In this document: piece by piece, positions 18,981 through 29,106 of the stretch | Position numbering within the stretch: the first letter of the stretch is position 1 | Layout: each line of letters opens with the position of its first letter | DNA from: Candidatus Omnitrophota bacterium | GTDB lineage: Bacteria > Omnitrophota > Gorgyraeia > Gygaellales > JAQTUX01 | Assembly (NCBI GenBank): GCA_028707125.1 | Contig: JAQTUX010000002.1 | Span: forward strand, 144,355-208,354 | DNA length: 64,000 nucleotides | Reading direction: 5' to 3' | The notes under the pieces: generated by a model | Databases searched by the model: none | What the model saw: only the letters and a program-made list of their open reading frames with translations | What the model was told of the DNA's origin: nothing | Position numbers and translations under genes: made by a program

Positions 18981-19682
18981 CTAACCCTCTCTCTCTAATC
19001 TATGTTTCAATATGACAAATACCGCCATAAATCCGTCTCTCCATGAGATCTTCTTGCCCTCCCTGTATCCGCGGGGACGATATGAAATCGGGACTTCATG
19101 GATCCGGAACCCTTTCTTGATCAGCTTAACGGTTATTTCCGGTTCCATCTCAAACCCCTGCGCCGTTAAATTTATTTTTTTTAACGCGTCCCTCTTGATC
19201 AATTTGTAACATGTCTCCATATCAGTGATCTTTGTGCCGAAAAGCAAATTGACCAGGAAATTGAGAAACTTATTGCCAAAAAGATGAGTAAAATGAAACA
19301 ACCGCCTGCATGACAACAAGCTATTCTTATTCAAAAACCTTGAGCCGTATACGACATCCGCGCCCTCTTCAAGGATTGGCCTTAATAACCGCGGATATTC
19401 CCGAGGGTCATATTCAAGGTCCGCGTCCTGGATGATCAGGGCATCGCCGGTTGCGTGCTTGAAGCCGGTGCTTAAGGCAGCGCCCTTTCCCCTGTTTTTA
19501 TCATGAAAGAACACCTTTATCCCGTCCTCCTTAAATCCCTGCAGCAGCTCTTTTGTGCCGTCTGCGGAGCAATCATCCACCACAATGATCTCTTTTTCTA
19601 TGCCGACGTCCCTGACCCTGCGGATGACCTCGCTTATGGTATTTACTTCGTTATAAACGGGGATGACAACCGATATCTTCAT
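18981..19682 (-). CDS. Family-2 glycosyltransferase, Dpm1-like polyprenol-phosphate sugar synthase.
   Basis: MKISVVIPVYNEVNTI...VVDDCSADGT, with DAD/DxD-like motifs. 233 aa. Confidence 0.7.
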   Translation of the reverse strand: MKISVVIPVYNEVNTISEVIRRVRDVGIEKEIIVVDDCSADGTKELLQGFKEDGIKVFFHDKNRGKGAALSTGFKHATGDALIIQDADLEYDPREYPRLLRPILEEGADVVYGSRFLNKNSLLSCRRLFHFTHLFGNKFLNFLVNLLFGTKITDMETCYKLIKRDALKKINLTAQGFEMEPEITVKLIKKGFRIHEVPISYRPRGYREGKKISWRDGFMAVFVILKHRLEREG

Positions 19683-19683
19683 T

Positions 19684-20622
19684 TCAGGCGCCCTTTGTTC
19701 CCATCATAGTTATCTCATTCTCCAGGATCTTGATCTTCCCGAACCCCGATTCCTCAAACCAGCGAAATACCTCCCAGTGGGTATGCTTTGATTGATACTT
19801 CGGGGAATACCAATCAAAGGTATCCAGGACCCTCCATCTCCAGTCCTTCCACATGGGTATGACAAACAGCATCTTGCAGATGCTGCCTAAAACCGGGATC
19901 CTGTAAAGATAATAAAGAGGCACGGCAATAAAACTCAGGTAATAAAGGATCCTTTTCGGCAGCCTGGTCGTAAAAAAACGCCAGAATGCCGAAGAGTAGA
20001 CGATCCCTTTATTATAGGAACTATAAACAAAAATAGACATTTCGCCGCGCGGCTTTACTAATCCGGCTATGTGCCTGAATGCCTTCGCCGCGTCAGGCGT
20101 GTGATGCAGCACGCCAAAACTGAAGATAAAGTCAAAGGCCTCTTCGGCAAAAGGAAGGTTAAACAGGTCGGCCTGAATAAAATGCGCGCAAGGATGCCTG
20201 CCCATGTTCTTAAATGCCACATCTACGGAAAAACTCAAGTCCACTCCCACTACCGTCGCTCCGTTCTTAAGGGCCACCTCCGAAAATCTTCCCGTGCCGC
20301 AACCCGCATCCAAAACCAGTTTTCCCTTTAACTGCGACAGAGGAAAATCAACCCTGCCCTGGAATTGGCGCGATGAAATATCATATCCGCTGAAACTGTC
20401 TACCTGCGTCCTGTTATGCACCTGCCACTCAAAACTGAAGCTCTTCACATACTTGTCTTCCGAAACGAACCGCGGGATGAAATCGACTATGTTGAACTTC
20501 TTTCCGCAGCCGCTTATAAGAAGCCCTGTTTTCACCTCTGCTTGCTCCATGACCTCATCGCGCAGCGTCAGAGGGCCTTTGCATTCCGGGCAGACCAGAT
20601 GATCAAGCAATCCCTTCTTCAT
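19684..20622 (-). CDS. Class I SAM-dependent methyltransferase with an N-terminal Trm112-like zinc-ribbon.
   Basis: HLVCPECKGPL (Trm112-like) is followed by motif I, VLDAGCGTGRF. The C-terminal ~90 aa are hydrophobic. Confidence 0.65.
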   Translation of the reverse strand: MKKGLLDHLVCPECKGPLTLRDEVMEQAEVKTGLLISGCGKKFNIVDFIPRFVSEDKYVKSFSFEWQVHNRTQVDSFSGYDISSRQFQGRVDFPLSQLKGKLVLDAGCGTGRFSEVALKNGATVVGVDLSFSVDVAFKNMGRHPCAHFIQADLFNLPFAEEAFDFIFSFGVLHHTPDAAKAFRHIAGLVKPRGEMSIFVYSSYNKGIVYSSAFWRFFTTRLPKRILYYLSFIAVPLYYLYRIPVLGSICKMLFVIPMWKDWRWRVLDTFDWYSPKYQSKHTHWEVFRWFEESGFGKIKILENEITMMGTKGA

Positions 20623-21731
20623 TGCCCCAGCAATCCTTTGTATAGAGCCACGACCCTGTTAACATAGTCAGACGGCTTAAAATTATTTAATACGTGACGG
20701 CGCGCGGCCGAACCGAGCACGCGCCTTAGATCACCATCATCAATGACCCGTTTCAAAGCGCCGGTCAGCCCCGCGATATCCCCGGGAGCGAAAAGCAGTC
20801 CCGTAACCGCATCCTCTATTACTTCCGTTATGCCTCCAGCGCGGCTGGCAACGCAGGCCAACCCCGCTGACATCGCTTCAAGCAGACATATAGGCAGCCC
20901 CTCGCTCAATGAAGGGAGCGCGAAGATATCAAAAGCATTAAGCATATCGGCTACGTCATCGCGCGGCCCGGTGAAACGCACCCTGTTGCCGACGCCGAGT
21001 TTTTGCGCGTAATTTTTCAGATCATCCTTTAACGGACCGTCTCCGGACATAACCAGGAAAAGATTATTTTTATTTAAATCCCTGACGGCGTCAATAAGGA
21101 TCTTTTGATTCTTTATCCAATATAATGAAGATATTGTCCCGATGACAACCGCATCAAAAGGTATATCCAGCCCGGATCTGACTTCTTCTTTAGGGCGCTT
21201 GATCTCATTCCTTTTATCATCTATCAAATTCTTAAGCACTATCATATTATCGCCCTTGAGGCCGTAAGTGCGCCGAACTCCCTGTTTAACATAATCGCTG
21301 CAACAAATAACCATACTGCTTCTTTGAGCCGTCTTTTGCCCCACAACGCGATAGATAAAATGCCTTATGCCCGAATGCAGGTAGTGTTCACCGTGCTCCT
21401 CGGTGATCAAAAAAGGTATTCCGGCCATTCTCGCGGCTAAGGCGCCGTGATAATTCGCGTAAAAAAGAGCGGAGTGGACGATATCAAAATGATTATTTTT
21501 TATATAATTATACAGTTTAAGTGTGGTGGAAAACCGCGATAAACCATACGGCTCATTTAATGCCTTCACTCTATAGCCCAGGCGCTCTATTTTTTCGCCG
21601 ATCTTTCCCTTACGGCCCAGGCAACATACATCCACGCCTGAGACCTTTGAGTCCAGGTGCTTTAAAAACATATAGCGTACGGACTGTACCCCGCCCAGGT
21701 CCAGAGAATTATGCACATACAATACCTTCAT
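20619..21731 (-). CDS. Family-4 (GT-B) glycosyltransferase.
   Basis: The C-terminus has the EX7E-type region (PSLSEGLPICLLEAMSAGLACVAS) after VMSGDGP...RFTG. Confidence 0.75.
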   Translation of the reverse strand: MKVLYVHNSLDLGGVQSVRYMFLKHLDSKVSGVDVCCLGRKGKIGEKIERLGYRVKALNEPYGLSRFSTTLKLYNYIKNNHFDIVHSALFYANYHGALAARMAGIPFLITEEHGEHYLHSGIRHFIYRVVGQKTAQRSSMVICCSDYVKQGVRRTYGLKGDNMIVLKNLIDDKRNEIKRPKEEVRSGLDIPFDAVVIGTISSLYWIKNQKILIDAVRDLNKNNLFLVMSGDGPLKDDLKNYAQKLGVGNRVRFTGPRDDVADMLNAFDIFALPSLSEGLPICLLEAMSAGLACVASRAGGITEVIEDAVTGLLFAPGDIAGLTGALKRVIDDGDLRRVLGSAARRHVLNNFKPSDYVNRVVALYKGLLGQ

Positions 21732-22642
21732 CCTGCCCTGCCTGACCCCAGGATCAATTTAACGCTCAATTTAACGGCGTTCATGTTAAAGGCCCTCTGC
21801 CTGAAAGAATCAAGGGCAGCCCTACGGGACTCTGCTTTATTACCGCGCTCCAAAAGCATAAGGCCCTTTTTATAAAACAGCTGCGCGTATCTGTTTCTTA
21901 ACTGCCTTTTATACCGCCTGAGTATTTCCGGATCTTTCGCTATCCAGTCATCCAATATGCGGAAACTCTCCTCTATGAATCTTTGAGATTTAGACATGAT
22001 CGTATTGCCCCCATGAATATGATAGACGGCTAAGGGCTCATCTATATAATCAAACCTATACTTACGCGCCACCTTAAGAAATATGTCAAATTCCTCATTC
22101 ACTTCGTAGTCCGGGCTAAACGGCAGAAACTCATAGAGGATGCTTCTTGGCATCATAACCGTGAATAAAGGGGCAAAGTTATCGGAAAACAGGTACTGAT
22201 AAAAGACATCCCCTCTGAAAGGCCTTCTTTCCTTAAAACAAGTGGCGATCGTCCTGCCGTATTTCTTAATGTAGGCGTCGGAGAATACCAAGCCTGTTTG
22301 CCCGCCTTTTTCAAAGAGCCCCAACTGCTTTCCAATCTTTTCCGGCAGCCATTCATCATCATGGTCTAGAAAAGCGATAAATTCGCCTTTTGCCAAAGCT
22401 GCCAGCCGGTTACGGGTATGCGATAAGCCCTTATTTGCCTGATAAAAATAACTTATCCTTGAATCACTGCTGCCTGCCTGCCTGACGATATCTGCGGTCT
22501 TATCGCTTGAACCGTCGTCTACCACTATCAATTCCAAATCCCTGAACGTCTGATTCAGAACGCTGTCAATAGTACGCTGAATAAACTTTTCAGCATTGTA
22601 AGCCGGTATCAAGACGCTGACCTTCGGGTTATCTGTGCCCAT
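21728..22642 (-). CDS. Family-2 glycosyltransferase.
   Basis: VSVLIPAYNAEKFI...VVDDGSSDKT...FLDHDDEW. Confidence 0.75.
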   Translation of the reverse strand: MGTDNPKVSVLIPAYNAEKFIQRTIDSVLNQTFRDLELIVVDDGSSDKTADIVRQAGSSDSRISYFYQANKGLSHTRNRLAALAKGEFIAFLDHDDEWLPEKIGKQLGLFEKGGQTGLVFSDAYIKKYGRTIATCFKERRPFRGDVFYQYLFSDNFAPLFTVMMPRSILYEFLPFSPDYEVNEEFDIFLKVARKYRFDYIDEPLAVYHIHGGNTIMSKSQRFIEESFRILDDWIAKDPEILRRYKRQLRNRYAQLFYKKGLMLLERGNKAESRRAALDSFRQRAFNMNAVKLSVKLILGSGRAG

Positions 22643-22647
22643 AATAC

Positions 22648-23772
22648 CTATTTAAAAAAATCCTTCACTGCGCCTACGACCTTATTGAGGTCCTCTTCGC
22701 TCATCTCGCTATATAAGGGCAGGGTGAGCATTTCCTGCCAGACCATTTCCGTCACCGGTAAAACCGACTTATAGGGCTCAAAAAACGGCTGAATATGATT
22801 TGGGATATAGTGCACCCCCGAATCAATGCCGCGTTCTTTTAAGAACTCTATCAGGCGGTCCCTTTCTCTCTTTACCCTCAAAACATAATTAAAAGGCGCG
22901 GTTTCTGCATAGTCGCGTTTAAGCAGGAGGATATCGGCGATACCCCTGAACTCGTTATCGTATCTCTGGACTATCTGTTTTTTTCTATCGATAAAACCCT
23001 CTATCTTCCTGAGTTGCACCAGGCCTATCGCGGCGTTGATATTGCTCATATGGTATCTGTAGCCCGAGGTGGTCACATTATAGAACCATTCCCTTTTATG
23101 TTTATACCTGCTCCAGGTATCCTTATCTATTCCCAGGATGCGTTTTTTATACATAACCTGCATAAGTTCTTTGTCGACGGTAACTACCGCCCCTCCCTCT
23201 CCGCAGGTGATATTCTTGATAGGGTCAAAACTGAAACAGGTCACATCGCCGAAAGAGCCGATCTTTTTCCCTTTATAAGACGAGCCGAACGCGTGCGCCG
23301 CGTCCTCTACGACCCTGATCCCCTTCTCGCGGCTGATCTCCAATATCCTGTCCATATCGCAGGCAAGCCCGCCGTAATGCACGGGCATTACCGCCCTGGT
23401 GCGCGCGCTGATGCGACGCTGCATATCGCCGACGTCCATATTAAAAGTGTCCTCTTCTATATCGCAGAAAACCGGCCTTGCGCCGGCTGCGATAATCGCC
23501 TGGGCCGAGGCGGCAAAGGTCAGCGAAGGCACGATCACTTCATCACCCTTGTTTATCCCGATGGAATCCAGGGCAAGGTGCAGCGCGGTTGTACCGGTAT
23601 TGACGGCGATGGCATTGTCTGCCCCTAAAAACCGCTTTAACTCTTCCTCAAACCTCAATGTCCACGCCCCTAGTCCTAGCCAACGAGAGACAAACACCTT
23701 TTCCACCTCGTTAATCTCCTCTCTGCCTATCGATGGCCTGGATATCGGTATTAAATCCTTATATGTTGACAT
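22648..23772 (-). CDS. DegT/DnrJ/EryC1-family sugar aminotransferase.
   Basis: 374 aa. Motifs: IPISRPSIG, DAAHAFGSSYKGKKIGSFGDVTCFSFDPIKNIT. Confidence 0.85.
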   Translation of the reverse strand: MSTYKDLIPISRPSIGREEINEVEKVFVSRWLGLGAWTLRFEEELKRFLGADNAIAVNTGTTALHLALDSIGINKGDEVIVPSLTFAASAQAIIAAGARPVFCDIEEDTFNMDVGDMQRRISARTRAVMPVHYGGLACDMDRILEISREKGIRVVEDAAHAFGSSYKGKKIGSFGDVTCFSFDPIKNITCGEGGAVVTVDKELMQVMYKKRILGIDKDTWSRYKHKREWFYNVTTSGYRYHMSNINAAIGLVQLRKIEGFIDRKKQIVQRYDNEFRGIADILLLKRDYAETAPFNYVLRVKRERDRLIEFLKERGIDSGVHYIPNHIQPFFEPYKSVLPVTEMVWQEMLTLPLYSEMSEEDLNKVVGAVKDFFK

Positions 23773-23786
23773 AGTGCCTTTCAGAA

Positions 23787-24581
23787 TTACGGATTGCCAT
23801 GCAATATAGATACATACCTATAACTTCCCGCCGATAGCTCTTTAAATATTCTCAGGCCTGCCTTTTTATAGAGTCTTCTGCATTCTCCGCGGCTCCTGAG
23901 ATAACCGCTGAACTTCCCCTTATAACTGTCTTTTTTAACCAGAGGCTTCCCCAACATCATCCTAATAAAAGAAGATTCTTTAAGAGGCCACAATAAATAT
24001 GAATTAAAAAGTTTGTCTAAACAGATTACCCCTCCTTGAAAATCCATTATTTCTTTACACCCTATTTCTTTCAATCTCTTAAACAGGAGGATAAAATTAT
24101 CGTCATCCATAACGTATGAAGAGCCTAAAAAAACTGCCAAATCAATTCCACCGGGCAGCAGTTTATCTTTAATCTCTCTCACGTCATCTTTAAAAAAGTC
24201 AAACCTGACAGGAGTTATACCGGGCAACAATTCTTTTGCCTTATCAATCAAATAAGGGTCAAAATCAGCCGCCACAACTTTGGAATTCCCAGGAAGTCCG
24301 AATCTAAGTAAATATTCCGAAATACAGTTGCCGGCGCCCAACGAAAGGATATTCGTAAATCCCTTTTTATTAATATAGTCCATTAAAAAGCCTATGTCAG
24401 AAAGCCTTTTGCCATCTCCGGACAAGGCCCAAAACAAAAGGCCCTCCCTTGATTTAAATCTATCGGCAAACTCTTTCTCCATTACATAGGCATGTTCTTC
24501 GGCACTGAATATCTCCCCTTTATTATCTACCTGCCTGAGTAGATCCAGATTATGACCTTTAGTATAATATTTTATTTTCAT
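23787..24581 (-). CDS. Probable class I SAM-dependent methyltransferase.
   Basis: NILSLGAGNCISEYLL fits motif I. VVAADFD fits the acidic motif II. It otherwise has no recognisable family. Confidence 0.4.
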   Translation of the reverse strand: MKIKYYTKGHNLDLLRQVDNKGEIFSAEEHAYVMEKEFADRFKSREGLLFWALSGDGKRLSDIGFLMDYINKKGFTNILSLGAGNCISEYLLRFGLPGNSKVVAADFDPYLIDKAKELLPGITPVRFDFFKDDVREIKDKLLPGGIDLAVFLGSSYVMDDDNFILLFKRLKEIGCKEIMDFQGGVICLDKLFNSYLLWPLKESSFIRMMLGKPLVKKDSYKGKFSGYLRSRGECRRLYKKAGLRIFKELSAGSYRYVSILHGNP

Positions 24582-26011
24582 CGGAGAATCTTCTCAATGA
24601 GTCTGTTTAATAACAATACGGGGTGTTTTCTATACAATTTTAGCCTGAGACGATTGTAACCTTGTTTAAAAACTCTCCTGATATCCTCTCCATCCCAAGC
24701 ATCCGTAGAAATACTGCAACTTGTAATATATAGATCGTCCAAAAAATCATTACTGATATAACCCTTCTTCAAACAAATAGTATAAAGTTCTGAACCTGGA
24801 TAGGGAGCAGCCACGGAAACAAAGGGATCGTAAATACCTAAATCTTCTGCAAAGCGATAACTTTCTTTCATCTGCTGAATCGTTTCCCCCGGCATGCCGA
24901 TTATGAGAAAGATATTAACATCAAGATCTATGCTCTTTGCATATTTGATTAACGACTTAACCTTTTTTAAATCTACCGGCTTTTTTAGGATGTTCTTAAG
25001 GACATCCTCGCTTCCCGACTCAACCGCGATATTCAACTTATAGCAGCCCGCCGCCTGCATCTTATCGATCGTGGGCTCATCCAGAGAAAAGGCAGCGACC
25101 CCGTTTGGGGTATCCCACTTAAAACCCATCTTCTCCTTTATCATCAGGTCAAATATCTCATTGCTGCGTTTGACGTCCAAAGTAACATTGTCATCTTCGA
25201 ACAGGAGCTCCTCGATGCCGTATTTATTCTTCAGTTCCGCCATTTCGTCAATGACGTTCCTCGGGCTTCTTTTGCGGAACATCTTTCCCCATACCCTGTG
25301 GGCGCTGCAGAATGTGCAGCCTATGGGGCAGCCGCGGGAGGTAATGATGGGAGAGAACCTTTCACAGCGCCTCATTCCGTGCGAGGACTTCAAGCCAAAA
25401 TATTTCTCCATGGCCAGCAAGTGGCGCGCGGGAAAAGGCAACGCATCTAAATCCTGTATAAATCTTGTTTTTGGTATAAGTTTTACGCTGCCGTTATCTC
25501 TATATGCTATTCCGTCAAGGCCCGAGACCTCTTTCTCGCCTTCTATGGCCCTGATCAATTCAAGGAACGTCTGTTCACCCTCGCCGATCACCACAAAATC
25601 GACATTCTTGTCGGATAAGACCGCCTCCGGCATAACAGTAGGGTGCGCGCCGCCGGCAACGGTAATAATGCCCCCGCTTATTTTCTTGGCTAATTTGTAA
25701 ATGGCATGCCCGTTTTCCCTCTGCCTTGTGAATAGATTATTCACCCCTACTATATCAGGCGAAAAATCTTTGATAAACCCGGCGATCTCATCAAAGCCCA
25801 AACCAACCCTTATGATGTTATCTTTTATTTCTGCCCTGTTATCCCATCCCTCCATTAAACAATCTACGATCTTCACCTTTATGTTCTCATTTTCCAGGAC
25901 CGCGGCAAGATATGCCAGCCCTAACGGAGGAAGCGGATTGATATCCGGATCATCCTTAAAGGTAAACGCCGGAGGAACAAATAAAAGTACCTTTTTAATT
26001 TGTCTTTTCAT
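24578..26011 (-). CDS. Cobalamin-binding (class B) radical SAM enzyme, paralogue 5 of 7.
   Basis: B12-binding N-terminus, radical SAM motif TSRGCPIGCTFCS. I moved the start to the ATG at 26011 (MKRQIKKVLLFVPP). A GGTGA RBS precedes it, and the change removes the overlap with the cyclase gene. The ORF track extends it to 26047. Confidence 0.8.
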   Translation of the reverse strand: MKRQIKKVLLFVPPAFTFKDDPDINPLPPLGLAYLAAVLENENIKVKIVDCLMEGWDNRAEIKDNIIRVGLGFDEIAGFIKDFSPDIVGVNNLFTRQRENGHAIYKLAKKISGGIITVAGGAHPTVMPEAVLSDKNVDFVVIGEGEQTFLELIRAIEGEKEVSGLDGIAYRDNGSVKLIPKTRFIQDLDALPFPARHLLAMEKYFGLKSSHGMRRCERFSPIITSRGCPIGCTFCSAHRVWGKMFRKRSPRNVIDEMAELKNKYGIEELLFEDDNVTLDVKRSNEIFDLMIKEKMGFKWDTPNGVAAFSLDEPTIDKMQAAGCYKLNIAVESGSEDVLKNILKKPVDLKKVKSLIKYAKSIDLDVNIFLIIGMPGETIQQMKESYRFAEDLGIYDPFVSVAAPYPGSELYTICLKKGYISNDFLDDLYITSCSISTDAWDGEDIRRVFKQGYNRLRLKLYRKHPVLLLNRLIEKILR

Positions 26012-26675
26012 AAAATTCACCGAAAACAGTGCAGGGGGCGCTGTCAACGCCCTTTATAAATAATGGGACCGCGTATACAGCCCTCAGATCATCAAACCTG
26101 CCTTCAAGATTCAAGCCCTCTATTAAAAACAATGGGCCGCCGGGGAAACCATCTTCCTTTAACAATATCCCGTGGGCCTGCCTTCCGGCCTCGCGGTTTT
26201 GGAAGGCGGAAAATGAGATCGCGTCTATGCCGGCCGCCTTGAGAAAGGGATATTCCGATCTAAGCAGCCTTGCCGCTTCAGCGGATATGCCGGGATTATG
26301 CTTCATATATTTCTCATCCTTCCTGTATTTATAAAACCCCGTCCTGAATAGAACCAGGTCGCATCCATCTGGTATCCCGCGCACATCATCCTCGGATATC
26401 AACTCGTCCTTATCCTTCGGGCGATCTATGATATGCGGACGGCTGAAAATAAAATCGGTTATTGGAAATTCCGCTATCGGCCTGCCCGTATCATAAAAAT
26501 GCCTGGGCGCGTCAATATGAGTGCCGGCATGGTTTGAAAGACCGACCTCAAATGTGTTGCAGGAGTCATTTCTCTTTATCTGTTTGTCCGGTTTTATTTC
26601 AAATAACCCGGCTCCGCCGTAGAAGGGCATGCCCTCTTCTAATGGATACGATAGCAATCTATACTTTCCGGCCAT
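25995..26675 (-). CDS. Cyclase-family protein (putative metal-dependent hydrolase, kynurenine-formamidase-like).
   Basis: The HxGTHxDxPxH motif is present as SNHAGTHIDAPRHF. 226 aa. Confidence 0.6.
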   Translation of the reverse strand: MAGKYRLLSYPLEEGMPFYGGAGLFEIKPDKQIKRNDSCNTFEVGLSNHAGTHIDAPRHFYDTGRPIAEFPITDFIFSRPHIIDRPKDKDELISEDDVRGIPDGCDLVLFRTGFYKYRKDEKYMKHNPGISAEAARLLRSEYPFLKAAGIDAISFSAFQNREAGRQAHGILLKEDGFPGGPLFLIEGLNLEGRFDDLRAVYAVPLFIKGVDSAPCTVFGEFYEKTN

Positions 26676-27303
26676 TGATCAATTTTTCCAGATCAAACAT
26701 ATCATTAATAAGCGAATCTGCCTCTAATCCTGAAAAACGTTGTCCCTCCCGTACCCGGCCGATAAACCTGATGCCCGCCTTTTGCGCCGCCTCATGATCA
26801 TCTATGGAATCGCCTACAAAAACCGCCTCTCGCGCAGCTAAGCCGTATTTCTCAAGGACCCCAGAAATCAGGTTCTGCTTTTTAGCGGGCGAACCAAAGA
26901 CCTCGCAAAAAAATTTCTCCAATCCGCGCTCCTTTACAATAAAGGCGATCTCTTCCTGCGGAGTGCCCGAAACAACAAACAGCGATATCTTTTTATAATA
27001 CTTGGCTAAAAATTCCTGAGCGCCTTTAACAAAGGGGCATCTTATTACCTCCTGGCACACATAGTCCTTGAATTTAATGCCAAGTTCCTCGCTCAACCCT
27101 TCAGAAAAAGGCAGGCGGAGGATATTCTTGTAAATATGCTCAAACTTTTCAAAGCGCGATATGCCGCCGTGAAGCAAGTGCCACTCAACGATAGCGTCTA
27201 TGTGCCGGGGATAATCCTTGAATAAATGAGCGAACGCCCTCGTCTTTATATCCACCGACTCCACGATGACGCCGTCAAAGTCAAAAATAACCGCCTTAAT
27301 CAT
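26659..27303 (-). CDS. HAD-superfamily hydrolase or phosphatase (beta-phosphoglucomutase-like subfamily).
   Basis: The DxDGV motif appears as VIFDFDGVIVES. The C-terminus has VFVGDSIDDHEAAQKAG. Confidence 0.75.
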   Translation of the reverse strand: MIKAVIFDFDGVIVESVDIKTRAFAHLFKDYPRHIDAIVEWHLLHGGISRFEKFEHIYKNILRLPFSEGLSEELGIKFKDYVCQEVIRCPFVKGAQEFLAKYYKKISLFVVSGTPQEEIAFIVKERGLEKFFCEVFGSPAKKQNLISGVLEKYGLAAREAVFVGDSIDDHEAAQKAGIRFIGRVREGQRFSGLEADSLINDMFDLEKLINGRKV

Positions 27304-28184
27304 GCCACCTTCTCGCCGACGTCTTTTGATATCTCCTCAATGCACTCAAGCAGGCCGGCTCCGAGGTCGATGAACTGGTCGCTGACCAGCTTCCTCCCCG
27401 GCTCAGGCTTCTTATAGTTATAGTTTGTGAGCTTGTAATGGGTCTCGTTGTCTTTGCGGGTATATACTACCTCTATTTTGTTGCCCAGCATCTCGTTTAT
27501 CATATCCAGGATATCCCTGTAGCGCATGGGATAATTGCCCGTTAACATGATATTCTTATTCTCATATTCCGGGGCGAGCACCTTAACGCTCAGCGCCGCG
27601 GCGTCTCTGGCATGTATATATTCTCTTACCTCATCACCGCTCCCATGATAGGTTATCTTCCCGGTTGAGACCGCCTCCTTCAGGATCTTGTAGATACTAT
27701 TGCCGGCGTTGGCCCTGTCTCCGTAAAGCGAACCGTATCTCAAAATAGTATAGGGCAGGCCGTATTTTTCGTGATAGCTGTGTATAAATAACTCACAGGC
27801 CTGCTTGCTGCTCTTGTAAAAAGAACCGTAGTTGCTGTATACATAGCTAGAGCTGGCGAAAAGGTACCTTCTGATCTTCGCTGATTTGGCCGCTTCTAAG
27901 ATCACGGAATTACCCATGACGTTATATCTTGCCACCTCCAGCGGCTTTACCGCGCATTCGTCTATATCGGATATGGCGGCGAAATTATAGGCGATCTCGC
28001 AGCCATCCAGGGCCTTATTGACCAGCGCCTCATCCAGGATGTCTCCGACTACCATTTGCTGCTTTTTATTCAAATACCTGGATTTCTTCAGGTCGTATAT
28101 CGTGACCTCATGCCCCTTTTCGCTAAGCATATCCGCGACATGGCTGCCTAAGAAACCCGAACCGCCGAATACCACGATCTTCAT
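27300..28184 (-). CDS. NAD-dependent nucleotide-sugar epimerase/dehydratase or reductase (extended SDR).
   Basis: MKIVVFGGSGFLGSHV and a YxxxK motif (YKSSKQACE). 294 aa. Confidence 0.75.
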   Translation of the reverse strand: MKIVVFGGSGFLGSHVADMLSEKGHEVTIYDLKKSRYLNKKQQMVVGDILDEALVNKALDGCEIAYNFAAISDIDECAVKPLEVARYNVMGNSVILEAAKSAKIRRYLFASSSYVYSNYGSFYKSSKQACELFIHSYHEKYGLPYTILRYGSLYGDRANAGNSIYKILKEAVSTGKITYHGSGDEVREYIHARDAAALSVKVLAPEYENKNIMLTGNYPMRYRDILDMINEMLGNKIEVVYTRKDNETHYKLTNYNYKKPEPGRKLVSDQFIDLGAGLLECIEEISKDVGEKVA

Positions 28185-28185
28185 T

Positions 28186-29094
28186 TTATTCCTCCTCCAA
28201 ACCTTTTATAAGATTCTTAACGGCCTGTAACTCCATATCAATCCTTGCCTCCCGCGCGTAGGAACCGGCGTGAGGCGTAAGAATAACGTTATCAAGATCC
28301 CTTAACTGGCCGGTATACGGCTCCTGCTCAAAGACGTCGATAGCCGCCCCTGATAAATATCCCGACTTGAGCGCCTGGTAAAGGGCGTCGTGATCCACCG
28401 CCCCACCCCGGGACAGATTCAACAGGTATGAGCCCTTCTTCATGGTCCGGATCTCCGCCTGGCCGATAATCTGCCCGGCAAAAGAGGCGTGGACGGACAC
28501 GATATCAGCCCATGCGAGCAGTTCATCCAATGCCGCCCTCTTAAAACCGCGTATGCCGTCGTCCTTCTGCGGATCGGTATATCTTATCTCGCAGCCAAAG
28601 CCATTCAATAGCTGCGCCACCCTGCTCCCGATACTCCCGAACCCCACTATCCCCACTTTTTTTCCGCAAAGCAGATTGCCTGTTATCTTTTTCCAGCCGC
28701 CGCTTCTTATCGCGCTGTCCATGGGAACTATCCGTCTTAAAAGGGCGATGGCCAGGCCAACCGTCAATTCGGCGACCGCCAGAGCCGGCGCATCGGGCGT
28801 GTTGTATATCTTGATCTTAAGCCGTTGTGCGGCGCGCGTGTCTATATTGTCCAGGCCCGCTCCGCAGCGGGAAATGACCTTAAGGCCGGGTAAGCCCTTA
28901 AGGACCTCCTCGTCAAACATCTCGGTTCCGGCTATAATACCGCAGGCGCCTTTACAGATACCGCCGATCTCTTCCTTCTTTAATTTCCTCCCCAAAGAAT
29001 TCATCGTTATCTGAAAACCCCCGCCCCTGAGCAGGATGACCGGCTCTTCGCTGCCCTGCCCAAAGGTCGTGGTGGTAATGGCCACTTTTTTCAT
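28186..29094 (-). CDS. D-isomer-specific 2-hydroxyacid dehydrogenase-family NAD-dependent oxidoreductase.
   Basis: GIVGFGSIGSRVAQLL NAD-binding motif with an overall PGDH-like layout. 302 aa. Confidence 0.7.
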   Translation of the reverse strand: MKKVAITTTTFGQGSEEPVILLRGGGFQITMNSLGRKLKKEEIGGICKGACGIIAGTEMFDEEVLKGLPGLKVISRCGAGLDNIDTRAAQRLKIKIYNTPDAPALAVAELTVGLAIALLRRIVPMDSAIRSGGWKKITGNLLCGKKVGIVGFGSIGSRVAQLLNGFGCEIRYTDPQKDDGIRGFKRAALDELLAWADIVSVHASFAGQIIGQAEIRTMKKGSYLLNLSRGGAVDHDALYQALKSGYLSGAAIDVFEQEPYTGQLRDLDNVILTPHAGSYAREARIDMELQAVKNLIKGLEEE

Positions 29095-29106
29095 GCCGCG
29101 CCTTTC

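Noticed and set aside
23014-23628. Long plus-strand ORFs (for example 23014-23628, 25071-25700, 28442-29014, 39707-40420, 43327-43881 and 58885-59394).
   Set aside because: Each is antisense to a minus-strand gene that has clear family motifs. Their predicted proteins are compositionally odd (rich in Ser, Pro, Arg and His) and show no motifs. I treat them as shadow ORFs, as expected for a coding strand at about 50% GC.
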